Source: Yuukianura sp. NJ FZ-2021
Lineage: Eukaryota
NCBI GenBank assembly: GCA_046563655.1
Contig: CM102287.1
Location: 6,448,001-6,512,000 of the forward strand
Direction of reading: 5' to 3'
Length of the DNA stretch: 64,000 nt
Below the pieces are notes generated by a model. The model made no database searches. It was not told the DNA's origin and saw only the letters and a program-made list of their open reading frames with translations. Positions 17,901 to 33,100 of the stretch are shown here, piece by piece (positions within the stretch are counted from its first letter, which is position 1; each line of letters begins with the position of its first letter). The position numbers and the translations under genes are program-made.

Positions 17901-20900
17901 TTTCTGAATCGTTCCTGCATTCTTTTTAAAAATTAAAACATAGGCATCAGGCCATAACTTACAAATGGAAGGAAAAGTTCCTTGGTTTCCTGGAATGTGT
18001 CTTTCGACGAATTTCCGCTCCTGTAAAATTGTGCCAGCTCTTTGAATAAGAGCGGAAATCAAAGGAGAAGCTGAATCCAAAGACTATCTTTTTGCTCACA
18101 AGTGAAAGTACACTTTCCTCCACTATTCTTTCAAATGATCGTCGTCCAAAGCATTATTAACCACACCATACATGTCTCCCACTGAATATTAACGGTGGAT
18201 AGTGGCTCTCTGCCAAAAGAGACTAAAACGCTAAGCAGTTCCTTAGAAACTCATAGTTTCTATTTCCATATGTTTCTATCCTTTCTATTTTCAAGTGCGC
18301 TGGCAGGGGGCCGAAAATCCCTTTCATTCATGGAACTAAATTATATTTTTTCTGAAATGAAAGAAAAAACGGAAATATGAGAACCGAAACAGAACGTTGG
18401 AAAGGGAAAGTCTCTCTTTTTAATCTTATGGGAGGACCAGCCTAAAACCTCGCGTTTTTGTGGTTCCAAATCTCATCTCCCGCTTTTCAGTGATAATTGG
18501 AATTTGAGCGGAGCATCAGGATTAGTTGGTCCTGGAATTACAGTTTGCAGAGAACCTTATTGGAGTGGACAGGGTATTAGTACACATCGCAATTTCATGT
18601 TTTGCACTGTTCTGGAGTAAAAGCGGCGAAAAAGAGAATGAAATGTGAATTCTTTCACTGAATCTGAAGTGAATTCGGTGTAGATCTGAAAGCCTTTCGA
18701 GATAATTTTTAAGTCATTTTTGTTATTTAAGGCAACGAAGAGAGCTCTGTATGAATGTTCAAAAACGGAAGTGGAATTTGTTTTCACAGAGAAAGTGACG
18801 CAATGCAGCAGCCTGCTCATTCAGACTAAACAATTTTCTACCCCATTGAATTTGAAACTAATCCGGAAAATTTTGATACAAGAAATTCTAGGTTAAGTCT
18901 TTGATCTGTGATTTGCATCACTCTCTTATTTGACTTTCTTTTTTTGCCTATCATTTCAAATCAATTTCTCATGAGTAGAACTCTTTAGTTAACTTTTATT
19001 CATTTTAATACTGACTATAAATCTAAAGACAAACTGTTTGAAGTTCGACCTAAATCTCGTACGTGGATCAATACGGGTCTAATCGGATGAGACACATGAT
19101 TTCCTTCCTCTCTTTTACGACGCTTGTTGACCAAGTTCTTACGAAAACCTAAGGAAGTTGGTAAGACACTGAAAAGAGTCCCTGTCTCATGTTACGTAAT
19201 CCCATCTTAACCATTTGGGGAAAGCTAATCTCGTAAAACTGAATGAGAGTCTACAGCTAACGAGGAGGGACACTGCAGTGCACTGTGGAACCATGGCTAT
19301 ATTTTATTTGCCCAAAGAATTGCGATGACTTGGCAGCACTAACGTCCAACTGCTACTAGATTTTAGCATGAGGGGTTTCACAGTAAGGCACAATTTTCAA
19401 AAACTTTCTCTATTCTGTTCCAAGAAACTCAAAATTCTAACCATGAAAGTCTTTTTTCATAAGACCTTTGGAGTACATAAATTTGCCTTATGCCTACATC
19501 ATCATACCCGGAAATTTTCTTTGTCAAGAAGGATTTTCTCCCGGTTTTTACAGTTCCTCTCCTATAGTGGAAGCTACTTTCTCAGGCTTCTGTCGAAGGT
19601 TGAAATTGCTACAGAAACCTCGAAGGATTGAATGACGCTGAAAGCGATTTTGAGTGCGACTCGTGACGAGGTTTAAAGTTTAGAAAGTGAAGAGATCACT
19701 CAGACTTTGAAAGTCCAGAAGCAGGCGCCAATCCTCTTCATCTTCCCGGCAGTTCCTTAAATTGAAGTTCAAGTTCTTTATAACCATTTCTCAGCTATTT
19801 CCAATACCTCAGATCCTTCGTGAAAAGGATAAATCTAATAAGAACTTATCAAATACGGCTTAAAAGTCAGCGGGAGCCGAGAGAGAAAGTTAGGCGGGAA
19901 CATTCACAAAAAGTTTCAATAACATTAAATTAAGGTAGTAGAATAAAAAACGACGCCTGAAATAACTTTAGAAAGCAGATTTCCAACCAGGCGCGAGCTT
20001 TTTTCTTCGCTTCCTAAAATTCTACACTGAAAAGATCCAAGCCAAGGATTCAGAGACTTTCAGCGATTTGATTAACCTGAAAGAAAGTTCGTGTTGGGAT
20101 ACTCTCTTGGGATCTACTTGAAGAAAGAAAGACAAGCATTGATCAGAAATGACAAAAGCAGAATCGTGTGCATTCCTTTTATCTTTTTGTTTGTATTGTG
20201 TGTAAGTTGTTTATGTAGGTTTTCCAATCATTGGAAACAATTTTGATCTGAGATGAGACAAAGCCTTTCATCGATGAGATGACGCGGTGACATAGACAGA
20301 TGGAAAGTGTCCATGGGAGAGCAAAGAAACAAAGACATAACATCGCTACGAAAGATTCCAACTGTCACCAGTCCTTAATACACCAGGAACCAGTCTACAC
20401 AAATTGTTTCCCATTTCCCTCCTCCTGTCGGCTTTCCTTAACTTTGGAATGACAAAAACCCATGAGAAAAAGTCAACATGTTGTAACGCCACCACACAAC
20501 AAACGGAATAGCACAAATTCAGTCACTACTTTCCCCAGAGAAGAGAGAAAGACTCCTAACATTTTTATTTACATTCAAGATGGGCTTTGACTCCAGTTGT
20601 CATTCATTCTTAACTTTCGGCAGAAGAAGTTTAGGTGCTTAGGGACAAGGGATGAAAGTTCACTCGACTTCTGAGAAATTCTTGAAACTTTTTTTTTATA
20701 TAAAATTTTGTAAAAGTATTCTTTTTTCATTCCTTTTCTCTCTGACTTTACCGTTTTCTCCGTGGGCGACGAAATCTGAGACAAACTGAATCCTGATTTG
20801 AGATAATATGGAAAATATTTAGGTTTTTGAAGAGAAAGTTTTCCCTTTCTCCTTTCGTTCCATTTTATGACCGAGCGCTAGCTTTCACTTCTATTTTGAT

Positions 20901-21868
20901 CATTGGCATTGATAGTACCATGCAAGAGAGTGTCTATTATGAATCCAAACCACGTCGAAAGCTCATCTCCTTCCTGTGCCAACCTAACCCAGTCTTTTCT
21001 CAAGAGGGAATAACGTAGGACGTAGGAATACAAAGTCTCGCTAGCGCTTTTATATCCATCTTCTTCCGTTCTTGGCCGTCCACTATTAATACACGCTGAT
21101 GCGGATTCTGCTGAACTGAAAAGAAAGTCAACCAAGCGCAAATAAGCCAAAATTATTGTGGCATTGCGAAATTTAAATTTCGTGTCAACCGGAGATTCCG
21201 TTTACGCTACATAAATGTTTTATTCTGCACGCTTCAAAGTTTTTAGTAAATAAATACATTCATAAGCTCTAGAACTCTAGTGACCTAAAAACTTAAACAA
21301 GGAAATCTGGGAGTCCAAACTCCTAGAGAGCAAATGAGTGTGCGTGGGTTTAACAATCTAAATTTTAAATTTGTAGCTTACTACTTAGAATTAAGTTTCG
21401 TAATTTACCATTGGAGTTTCCCTTATTCATAGTTACCTTACATAAGAATGATGCTCTTGAAAGTCTAATTAGCTACCCCATGGAACGCTGATTCCTAGAG
21501 TCGGCTACATCAACTTACTTAAGTTTTCCTTTGTAATTTTCCGCTTCTTTTCCCTATGCACTACCTTTTGAGAATAGAGCTAATTTTGTAACAATATTCT
21601 TTTAGCTAGCTTATTCGAAAAACTGGATTACACATTTCAAAGAAAGCGGATCAAAATTTTAGGTTTATCAAACACTAATAAAGCAGGAAAGGGCGACTTT
21701 CTATTCATAGGTACATTTTTCAAAATTTTGACATGTAAATTAAACGAAACGCTAATACTTCTCAAAAAGTATCTCTCAATTCGCAAAAACATTTTCCACT
21801 TCAACTTGTAAACACTTAAGAGAAAGTCTTAAGACAAATTAAATAAAAATTGCAAATCTCGTCGTAAT

Positions 21869-24800
21869 TTACCCTTCTTCATTGACGTCAACACTCGCTA
21901 CTTGCATTGTGCTCTGTTCACCAATGAAACTCAACACGGTAACATCTTCTGCAACGTCCACAGAGACTGCATGGGTAACTTTCGGTGACACGGGTGACAC
22001 GTTTTTTCTTGACCCATGCTCCGAGCACAAGTCCCCATCTCGAGGAGAATTACTTAAATTTCGATGCGGAGAGATTGATAGGATCCCGAATCGGTGTTCC
22101 TGGGGAGAATTTCCTTTCAAAGGTGATGATGAAAGGGAGATGGATGTGAGTGGAAAGTTGGTTGAAAGTGGCATGTTAAGATGACCAGGGGACCCTACCG
22201 GATGATGCTGAGAAAGCGTTGAAACGTTAAGATTTGTCATTTGGATTTCATTTGGTTGACCACCACGAGCTCGTGGTGATTCCCAGGTACATCGCTTTTT
22301 GTTAGTAATACTTGCAGTAGCGGTGTAGTTGGCCGCAGTAGTTGATGTTCGATAAATTCCACCCGGCCCACCACTTCGGACTCCCAAGCTTCCATTTTTA
22401 TTTCTGAAACCATCGCTGTTATAACCAGCCCCACCGATGTATCCAGCAGGATGAGCTGAATTGGACATGCTTGCACAGCCTGCGCCGCATGCCAACACAT
22501 TTCGCCCACGAAAACGATCTGACTCTGGTTCACGACCGCAGCAAAAAAGATGTCGATTGAAGTACTAGAAATTCAACAAAAGTAGGATGAAACTTAAGTT
22601 TAAGTTTAGATTTTAAATTGAAAAACCAATTTCAAGCATAAGTTTTGTTTCTCTTTTTTGTGAAACCATTGGTAAGTCTAAACTTTTCAATTTCTGAAAA
22701 GTTTGTTAAGCGTTCTAAGAGTTATAATATCTCGCTGATATGAATTCTAAAAAATGTAAGGCACTCGGAAATTCATCAAAACTTCTCATTTCCTTTCTCC
22801 AGTTAAAGAGAAAACTGAGAAAGGAAATTGAGCTTTTTTCATTATAACTGCAGGAATGTTCATAGGTTAAACAAAGGAAAAAGCCTTTAGGTGTAAAAGA
22901 ATATGAAGAAGGAAGCTAGCGAACTAATTTCAAGTTTAACTTTTCGCAATTAACTTCCTAATCGCTTTAGAAGTTGATTGCTACTTTGAAGTACTCAGTT
23001 CCAAAGTGAAACTAAAAGCTTCTTTTACCCCCCAAGTTTTAAGCTTTTCTTGGAGTTGGAGACGCCAAAAGGCGGAGAAAGTGAAAGTGGATAGCGAGCG
23101 CTTAAGTAAAACTTTTGCCGCAAATGACAGTTGGAGATGAAAATGCTTCCAAATCTCTACAAAGTGGTTCTCTGAGAACTCATGTAGGCAAGCCTTCTTC
23201 GCCTAGCTTAATACCCACGCCAAGTATCTTGTAGTTCGTCCACCGCATTTGGTTGACCACACCCAACCAAAGAGTTGCAACACAAGAGGATTTGTAAACA
23301 TAAGAGCTTTCTCCAGGACAAAAGCAGCTTTGTCCCATTTGCGGTGAGACTTATGTATAGACAAAAAGATGCTTAAGACGTAGGAGACTTTAAGTCTGAA
23401 CAAGAGGAAGCTACGAAATACAGGAAGGCGGAATGGGCCTTACCTTCCGGAAAGTTCCACTGAGACAATAGAGAGTGATTGGATTGATACAAGAGTTCAT
23501 GAAGCCAAGACAAAACCCAATAATCCGCACATAGTTCCAAAATGCGTTGAAGTTCTCTTCAGAATTGAGGTCAAAGTAGAACCATAGCAAAAACACATGA
23601 GATGGAAAGAAACACATTGCAAAAATGACTACAAATGAGAGCACCATTTTCGCCACCTATTAATAAATCCAAGAGAACAGGAATTAGTACTTTCATAATA
23701 GTTGCGTTAGATGCAAGCAGATAGACAGACGGACAAGGTTAATCCATAAAGTGTTTATCGCCAAAAAACTTAATAAAAGTTAATAAAAATGCTTAAGTTA
23801 TTCGATTTCTATCAACCTTGGGGTAAAAGTTGAAGAAGAAAGGTAATTGTAATAATAGTAAATTTTGAAAAGACTGCTGGAGAAAGTTGAAGTTAAAGTG
23901 TGAAAAGAAAAGACATTTGTAAGCACATTAGTTTATCACTATCATAAAGAATAAATTTCTAATTGAAAGTAATGGAACGTTGTTGATGTGATTTGAGCCG
24001 TTTACCTTTTTTCTCGCCTGGATTTGCTTTCCCTGTCCCTGGGCTTCTCCCGGCATGTTCTTTGTAGAGAGTACCAAATGCCGTGCCATGAAGATGTAGA
24101 AAGTGGCAATAAAAACGAGCGGAATGGCATAGTACACCAGGAATTTGAACATTACCATCACCTGTTGTCATTTCAAAAACAAACAAAACCCATATAAACA
24201 TCTTTACCGCGACGAACGTATCCAGCGTTTTACTGGGCTTTCAACTGTTGTACTGAGACTCAAATTGGCAAAGGGAGGCACGTCCCTTGCTGTTGCCATT
24301 AAAGGATCAACAAGGGAGAGAAAGCAAAAAGATGTAATTTCTCCTTCTTCGGAGAATAAAATCTTTCAGCAAGGAGCTTTTTTGGTACACTCCTACTTCG
24401 GCATGTCACACCGTACGTGACACTGCAATAGGAACTTGTTAAGTCGGCATTGCAATTGCAAGAAGCTCGAAATGAAGTTGGCTTTTTAGCTTTGTTTTTT
24501 TAAAGAGCAAACGAAGTTTTCGTAGAAATTAAAATTTTCATAAAACTCAAAGGCTTTTTCCCTACTTTACCTTGGGATAGATGGGTGTCCATTCAGGAGG
24601 AAATGGATAGCAAACGTGGAATGTGTGAGTCGGATCTCGGTCGATTACTCGGATGTATGAGAACATTGCAGATGGAACAGCAATTAGCACAGAGACAATC
24701 CAAATTCCTAAAAGTAAAAAAAAGTATTTCAAAATTTAGCAACTAATTCATATATGGAGAGAGCTTTACATTAGTTAGCAACATGAGAGCGATATGTCTT

Positions 24801-27175
24801 GACGAATTGGCGCATAATTTTGCAAGTTTCGGATTGTCAGCCTATGTGGGACCTGTTTTGCACCTATGCTTTTAACTATTGTGTAGGTTATATTATGTTA
24901 GGTTTTAGGTTATGTTTTCTATGTTAGATTTTCATTTACAAATTGAAACTACTGTTCTTTATTTTTGGAATTTTGTCTCTTGTTGCTTACTTTTAGCTCT
25001 AAGGTAAGCTGCCAATTTGGACAGCTTTTGTAAAGCACTTCCTTGAAGGAAGATAAAAACCCCGGCTGAAGAAATATGAGGAAAGTTAACTGCAAATCCC
25101 CATCAAATAAGTTGAAGCGAAGTGAAAGCTAGACAAAAAGGGTCTGAGTGTTTCTTTTTCATTTAGATGGACTGATCCTAAAAGCACAACTACCACACAC
25201 TCATGGCTTTCCAAAAAACTTTCCGACTCTTTCCCTAACGTCCTCGAACCATTTTCGGTCTTTAGGATTCTACTTTATTGGAGCTGTCAAAATACTTTCA
25301 CCTCTTCCAGCACCACTTCCTACTTTTGAAATCACCCAACTTTAACCATGACTTTTACTTTTAATATAACACGCCAAAAACCCTCCAAACTTCTGTTAGG
25401 TCACTTCCTTTCCGTTAAAGTTATTATTCAATTATTTCAGGTTACGTTAGGTTAAGGTTTAGAACAGGTTAGTTAAAGTTATGTGTCCATTAACTCAAAT
25501 TTATATGACTATAACTTGGAATTTCAGTTTTACTTACCCGCAATGGTCACTGAAGTGACCCGAGTAGCTCTACAGCCAGTAAGCTTCCGCATGGGGTCGA
25601 CAATTGCAAAGTAGCGATCTGCCGAGAGAGCAGTGAGGGTGAAAACGGAGACTCCGATGGAAACGTCTTTGATGAATTCCGAGAACTTGCAAACAATCAC
25701 ACCGTAGGGCCAAGATTCAACGGTGTAAACTGTAGAGGTGAAAGGGACGCAGAATAGGATGACCAGAATATCCCCAACGGCCAGAGAGCAAATGTAGCTT
25801 CCACCACAATAGTTACAAAGAATTCAATTATTTCAGTGCACCAAACACGAATAAGCTACCACAAGGTTTATTTAGGTGAAAGTAAGGGGAAGGAGGGTGT
25901 GAAAAGAAAAAAAATTACTAAAAAGAAAAACAAATGTAATTTGGAAATTCAATTTTGGTTCCGCAAAGGTGTGCAGCGACAGGAATTTAAATTACTTTCT
26001 TTTCTTCCCTCCCAGGAGGGAGGCTTTTGAACTTTTCAATTTTTCATGTCTAAAACAAAATACTTTTGCACTTGAATATTGCTATTGAAAAGATAACCTT
26101 TATTAAATTTTTAGTTCCGAAAAGGAAATTGAGTTTTAAAGGAAAATTCCCTGTTGAGTGCCAAAGCTAAATGTGACAGGGGGTGAAAAAAGTGAAAGGC
26201 TAAATAAGGTAACATGCCAGTAAATGTCAAATTTTTTGTGCTCATAAACAGTTCCATGTGAGCAAACAAACGCCTCAATAAACATTTCAAATTTGTCAGT
26301 GTTGAAAAACGTTTTCAGACTTTAATTCAATTTGCAGATTGATTTTTGTTTTTGTTTTTCGATATTTTATTTTATTTTTGCATACTGCGCTGTTTCCGAA
26401 TGGAACGCTTTCTTTTTAAACCCTACAGGCCTCTTCTAAAACTTTTTTCTGACTATGCTGGCAAAACAAATTTCGGTTTTAAACTTTCACATTTTGTTGA
26501 AGCATGTTTTGTTGTGCACACTCGCTGGGCTTTTTGATGCGTTATTAGTGCGCCCCGTTTGAAAGCACGCCATAGGTTCTAAAATAAATGGTTCTAAGGC
26601 AAAATTGCTTCCAAAAGCAACATGTCAGAGGATAGGTGTTTTTTTAAAAAGTAATTTTTAGAAACTTTTCCGTTCAATTCATTCGGAACAATGGCATGGA
26701 ATCCTTCCTTTTGCACTGCATTCATGGAGAAAACTAGAGATAAAATGGGTGAAAGGAAGCAGAAATGACAACAACTTAAAGGGAAAGGAGGTTCATGTAG
26801 AAATGAGACTCACATATTAGGAACATTCCGCATCGTCCTGTGTTTGAGGAAGATGACAATCAGAGTCCCATTTCCGAGAACTCCAATCACAAATATAATG
26901 AAGAACAGGATCGGTACTATGTACGTTTCTGGTCTTTCAATGTATGGAACATAGCTTTCACCCAAATCCAGCGTCACATTGTCTCTTTGACTCGAATTCA
27001 ACCAGTCCCCAGCAAAATTCGCTTCCGTTTGAGTCATGGAGTCGTCTTCAGTAACCTCATACAGAATTCGTCCAAAGATTTCATGTAGAGAGCTTTCTGT
27101 AGGTAATGTCTCTTCATAGGAATGCGATAAATCTCTGAAGTTGCGTATTAGTACGGCACTCTTTGAGTAATCCAT
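21869..27175 (-). CDS. CCHamide-receptor-like class A neuropeptide GPCR (bombesin/endothelin-receptor clade), paralogue A (~607 aa)
   Basis: Exons 27175-26814, 25797-25538, 24707-24571, 24161-24006, 23656-23444, 22564-21869. Motifs 'ERPETYIVP...GVLGNGTL...MRNVPN', 'SLAVGD', 'GVSVFTLTALSADRYFAIVDP', 'CYPFP', 'YYAIPL..IA.FY..MARHL..ST', 'CFFPSH', 'NSCINPITLY..SGTFR'. Confidence 0.92.
26550..26700. repeat. Dispersed repeat fragment, homologous to 50551-50715
   Basis: Both sites share 'cacg(c/t)cat(a/t)ggttctaaaat...tttttagaaacttttccgtt...caattcatt.g.aacaatggcatg'. Confidence 0.7.
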
Positions 27176-30100
27176 TTTTGTGTCAAATTGCTTCACTAAG
27201 TCTGTTTTTGACAGAATTGGAAAGATATTTTCAGATTTCTCCTTTTGTCAGCAGCTTCTCGCCAGAAATAAGAAGTGTGTCAAATTCTTCTTTTTTTTTT
27301 GTAGAAATGAAGTGAATTTTGATAACTTCGTTTCAGATTTTAGGATTTGAACGTGTCATTTTGTCTAACTCTGATCCCGTTCCTGTCAAACCAAAAACAA
27401 AAAGTTCTCACTTTCTCCGTTCTCATCAGAATATTTTAACGACTTAACCTCATCAGGATCACACCATTTCAGTTATATCATATCTAGCAGTGATGCAATT
27501 AAACAACGGCTTTCAAAAAATTCAATCATTTCGGCATAACTTTCTGCATAAGAAGACCATCTAACTAAAGCTGCGTCCATAACGCTTTCAAATGCTTCCT
27601 AGAACATCGAAATCCCCCATTTTGGAAACTAATTTGTTGAATAGAGTTCGACCAAACGTAGGGAATAACGACACTACACTCGCTTCTTGTAGTTTCCTTC
27701 AATGTATGTTTTAGTGTCCAATTAGCATTGTCATTTCATTGTTTCCTGTATTTTGGATTTAGCACCGGTCGTTCCACTTCATGAATTTCGTACGCCAAGC
27801 TTGTACGTCTAGATCTTTTTAATTTCTTTCTTAATTGCTTTTCCTATTCGCTGTAACAGTTTCAGCTCTACCGAAATCCTTCATGTTTACAACTTAAACC
27901 CCGAATTCATTACCTGCACTAAGGAATATTACAGATAGTTAAGAAAACGTGTTTAGTCGAAACGATTTCCCACCATTTTCTACGTACTATAGCACAAATT
28001 AACTTGAGTTGCGCTGGGTATGGCCTGGGGACGGAAGCGCTGCGATAGAAGTGTATAAGAAAGATGCTTCAAAATAGTTTAGCAAAACTTTTTGATCTCG
28101 TTTCCTTCTAATTAATTTCAGAGCGAGAGCTTGGCGTTGTGAAATAACTTTCCATTTGGAATTGAATTTCAACTTTCAATTTACCTTGTTTACTTTTCTT
28201 CGCAAGGAACTTTGTTTTTCCTGTAAATTAGGCAATTAATGTGTTATAACCGTTAACTCCCGCCTTTTCAAATATTCTTTCAAATCACAAGCTAAAGTCC
28301 AATCACGACGAAGAATCGGGAAGTAAACACAATTGCTTTTATGGAATCACAAAATCACTTGGATTAATTTGAAACTTGAAAATCGCATAGCTTTGAAAAA
28401 CAAAAGGAAATCACAGTGAATTCTAGCGATCCAATTCTTTGCGAAGAAATTGGAAAAAATATAAATGGTGAAAGTAAATCTCGGGTGTGTCATCAATTGT
28501 CACGACTTTTCGTGATTCACTGAATGGAATTTGGGAACCGTTGATGCTTAAACTAAAAGTTTCGAAACTTTTGTAAGTCTTCCGATACAACCTGAATCTT
28601 CTACACGATCCGGGAATTCTTAAATCTAATTTATGACTTTGGTCCGAGAATCTTTGCTCACTTTGTCTCAATAGGTTTCTACTTTTCTGCAACACCAGAG
28701 AAATCTTTGGTCAGCATTACAATGAGGATGGGAGCAAAAACACCAGGAAACTGGGAAACAATAAATACGGATTCTGATTGGCTAAGCTTTTCCAACCTGG
28801 CTTTTATCACTTTCCGCCTTGAGACACCGAACACCAAAGCATATTCAGAACAAATTGCGCTTGACTCTTGAACAAAAATGTGGCGTAGCTGAACCCCGAT
28901 CTTTTGAGAAAAGTTTACAATGAAAAATAGTCGCCGCGGATTCCTCAAGAGTTGAATGATACGTTTAGAAATTGCGGGAGAAAGTAATGAATGGCCACTC
29001 TTATTTTTTTATCTCGCAATTTTTCATAGACCAAAAAAATTAAATTTCCCATCTTCATTCTGCTTTTAAGATCTGCACCTAAATTACAAATCAGAGCATG
29101 AATATTCATCCAGTGCTTATTATTATCTTTCTAATCTTTATACTTTAAGGCGGGAAGATGTGCTTGACAAGGTTATTGTTCCGAGTTGGTACTTAATTCA
29201 AACCATGGCGTCGTTAACCCAAGAATGTCAAAGACCCGCCACTTCTCTCCGATTCTTGATTGGCCATCAACTTCCAAAACAAAGGAAAACGCATGGACTC
29301 CTAATGTCGTTTCGGTCATGAAAATCGGAGTAAGTCGAGTGGTATAATTTCAATTTCCATTTCGTTTTATTAACCTCCCCTTTCCTTTGACTGAAGAGGC
29401 TTTCACTGTCATTCAACATCCGATGAGGACCTGGGCGTGGTTCTAGCGCAGTACTCAATTCAAAATTTGATTAATGAATTATCATCCCTAGTCATTAGAA
29501 AGTTCTAAAGGCAGCAACACTAAGAATAGACGACGCTTCTTGTCGGGGCAACGACTCTCAGCCACATCAGAACGAGCACTTTAGCCTACTACTTAATTTT
29601 TACCACCGTCGAATCGACAGTTGTGGTTCTAACGAATCGCAATTGAATCCCAAAGAGAAAGCCCAGTAACTAGAGCATGACTGAGTTTTTCAGTTGCATC
29701 AGCAAGAGTCATGACGTTAACATTAGTGAATTTTGGGTGCTGAACCACAGCTTAGGGCTGATATGACTTAAATTGACTTTATGGCAAAAAGTGGTGCAAC
29801 AGGATCCAAAAGTGAAAGTACAAAGGCCATTAGCTTACTTGGTGACGACCGTCCATCTCCCCACACAGTTTATGGTCTCGTCTCATCCTCATCCTAGTTG
29901 AATTACCGAACCCACATCTCTAGACAATTCCGCTTCCATTGTCTTCTCATCAATCTAACTTTCCATCCGGATTTCTCATCCAGAAAACAGAGACCATGAG
30001 AAATGGCGGGTATTATAACTTGGTTTTAATCTTCTGCACAAGTGGATCAAATGGAAACGCGTCATCCGCTCTACACGTTCAGTAGTTTCGTATTTTTTTT

Positions 30101-33100
30101 CTAGATATTTTCCGAATCGAATATGTTTTAAGCGCCGTGATCAAAAGGCAACGTGTATTTTTGGTTCCTTTGAGAGGTTTTTTACGTCAGTTGATGCTGT
30201 AAGCAGCTTTCGTAGCAGCAAAAATAGCAAGCTAATCAAAAAAAAGTTGAGGTCGCCACCAACACTTGAACATTTACTGTTTTAAATGTCGAAATTAAAA
30301 TTTGATTTTGTAATAAGAATTTCCAACTGAAACATCTTTTAAGGTCTCGTTAATAACCCAAAATTAAAATAAATCTTAAAAACCGCTTAGGAGCATCCTT
30401 TCTTCCTTTCCCATTGGCATAAAAAGACGCACTGACTTCCGGCAATGCGGATACAGATTTCGCGTCAGAACATGAGAAATCGATTTGCAAAAACCTATTA
30501 ATCACGTTCACAATTCGTAAAGCGCTTTTGATTTAACTCACGCGGGACCGCGGCCAACGAAGCAATTAGTAGAGTACTAGTTGCAGTTAGTAAACAATTT
30601 TATGCCAGAGATATTCAAAGTAGTGAAACTGTGAAAGTTAGCAGTTGAGTCGTGATCACAATGAATTTGCTATCCTTAAGCGGAGACCAGCAGCGGGAAG
30701 TCTGTCAGACATTTCGAACTTCCCCAGGACTTTTTCTTAGAAAATGAAGTTTGTTTTATTAAGTGAATACGGCACGTTAGGAAATACGAGAAAAAAATGC
30801 GACAAGAAATCCCATTTAAACACATGTAAAACCTTGTCGCATTTTTGGTTCCTTTTTCCCAATGTGTACGGTGGAAAAATGACAAATCTTTTGCACAATT
30901 TTTGTCAAAAGAATAAAGTCTTTCTGAAATGATTAATTATATGAGCGTCTTCACCTCAACTTTTTGTTGAGCTTTAAAAAACCGGAAAAAGAAACAACGA
31001 AAAAAGATTGGACTCACGCCTACAGATTGTAAAATGGAAATAACTACTGGAAGAAGATGAAGAATCAAGAACGCCAAAGACCACCAAAGAAAAGCACGCA
31101 TACTGCACTGCATATCTGTTTTCGCCATGCTGGGTAATAACAGCATCACAAATCATTTCGGAAAAATATTCTAGCCGCCACGAAATTCTTACGCCTATCT
31201 GAACTCACTTTGTGCTGCACTCCCTATACAAAGTACGATAGTATTTGGAAAGCGATTTTGAAAGAATTCAAGCGTAAGAATCTGAATATCGTGAATTTGT
31301 AAGTTGTTTGAAAGAGTAAAAAAATGGGAATTCGTATAATATTTAAAATGTAAGTCATAATTCGGGGGTTTCCTAAAAAGTTTAATTCTTTAATTTTCCA
31401 CCCCTCCACCTTCTATCCCAATCTTCTACTCACTTATGCTATGGAAAACTGCTTTACAGTATTTCACCGTTGTCCATAATCTTCCGTCAACTTTGTTGCG
31501 TGAAACCAAAATTTTCATTTTCATCTGCATATTTATTTCGTTATCTACTTTAGCTAACTCGTCTTAAGTAATTGGCAGTACGACGCTGCTTGTTGAAATG
31601 AATTGTCTTACCTGGGAGGTTCTATTCCGCCACCACCAAGCCAATTTTAATTGGATTTGTGATAATAGAGTAGTGTCTATAGAATACCCGATTTGGAATA
31701 TGATGTCGGAGCAGACTGAAACCGAAATCCGTCGTGTAATTCGAATATCCCGAAGTTGATTGCAAGCAGCGGAGGATCGAGTGGGGAGGTTTTTGCAGCG
31801 TGGGTAAAAGCGACCGAGAGGGTTGAACCCAAAAAGAGAAATGCGGCTACACTGACGCTTTCTCCAGATTTTCTCTGCAAAATCTAAAGGAAACTGGAGC
31901 CCCCTGCGAAACGCTTTGGCTTCTACTTTCTCCTAGTCTATTCAAAATTTACATGTAGTTACTGCATGCAGACGAATCATGTTCTACGTTTTACTAACCT
32001 TTCTTTATTTTCCAAAAGAAATCAAGATGATACCCTACTAAATTAAACTCCAACTGACTAATGTGGTTTTGTCTTCCAGATGTTTTTATTGGTATAATGA
32101 GCCCAGTAGTGGGACGAATACGGTAGCATAGAAAAATATGGTTTCCAAAAGCCGTCTTTGAACGCGTTTCCTAAGCCTTTTTGATTTCAGTGTTTTGAAA
32201 AATTCAGAATTGTTGATGACAAAGTCATTTCATCGTTAAAAATGACGAGGAGGGAGTAACTTTTGGAGGATTGTTTTAAGGTAATGTTGCGTGATTGATC
32301 GAGAGAGATTCAGCCCCACTCTTCTTTTGTTTCTTCGTAAAAAGCAGATATCTGCCGAAAGAGCAGGAAGATCTCATCTGATTAATTGAAGCCTTTTAAA
32401 AAAAACGTTGGACTGATGAGGCAGTTCAGCTTTCTGCGACTATTACACAAAGTGCCCCTTATATTCCTTTCTGCTCAATTTAACACCAAAGAGATATATC
32501 TAGGATAGTAACGAAGCGACAATGGGCAACTTTGTCACCGCCTACCTTGCGAAACTGTCATTTTTCAGGCAACGTAAATACAACAGTCCGTTTACGTTAA
32601 TTTTTCAAACTATTTATTCGGCAACACTTTTAGAACCTCCTCCTCTCACTATCAATGTCATAGTTCGACAAAAGAGGCTGAGAGGACTCAGACTCCATGT
32701 TGTTCAGTAGCATTCGATTAAAGTTAGGAAGAATTTGGAAATTTATGAAACAATGATCCTATTCCTAACTAGATTTTTTATGTTTAAGATTAGATTTAAT
32801 CTGTCAAGCAATAAAAGCTTGTAGTCTTGAGACTCTCATGGCGCTAAAGGACTTAGAACACTATAATGATTGATGAGTGCTAACTGTGCATGAACAGAGA
32901 TTACATTCGCATTTTAGGAGAAAACATTGTTTACTGGAGTGTAGCCTCACGCATCGACGCTCAATGCAGACAGAAATGCGCTTCTGTACATTTACCCTAA
33001 ATACGGTTGAACAGTTTTAATCAAAATAACATTCTCAATTTGTACTTCGAGATTTTTTTTAGTCTCCCGCTGAGGGTGTACCCAACGACAATGCAAAACC

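Noticed and set aside
24884..25480. TTAGG-like tracts as interstitial telomere
   Set aside because: There are only a few degenerate units, typical of repeat debris.
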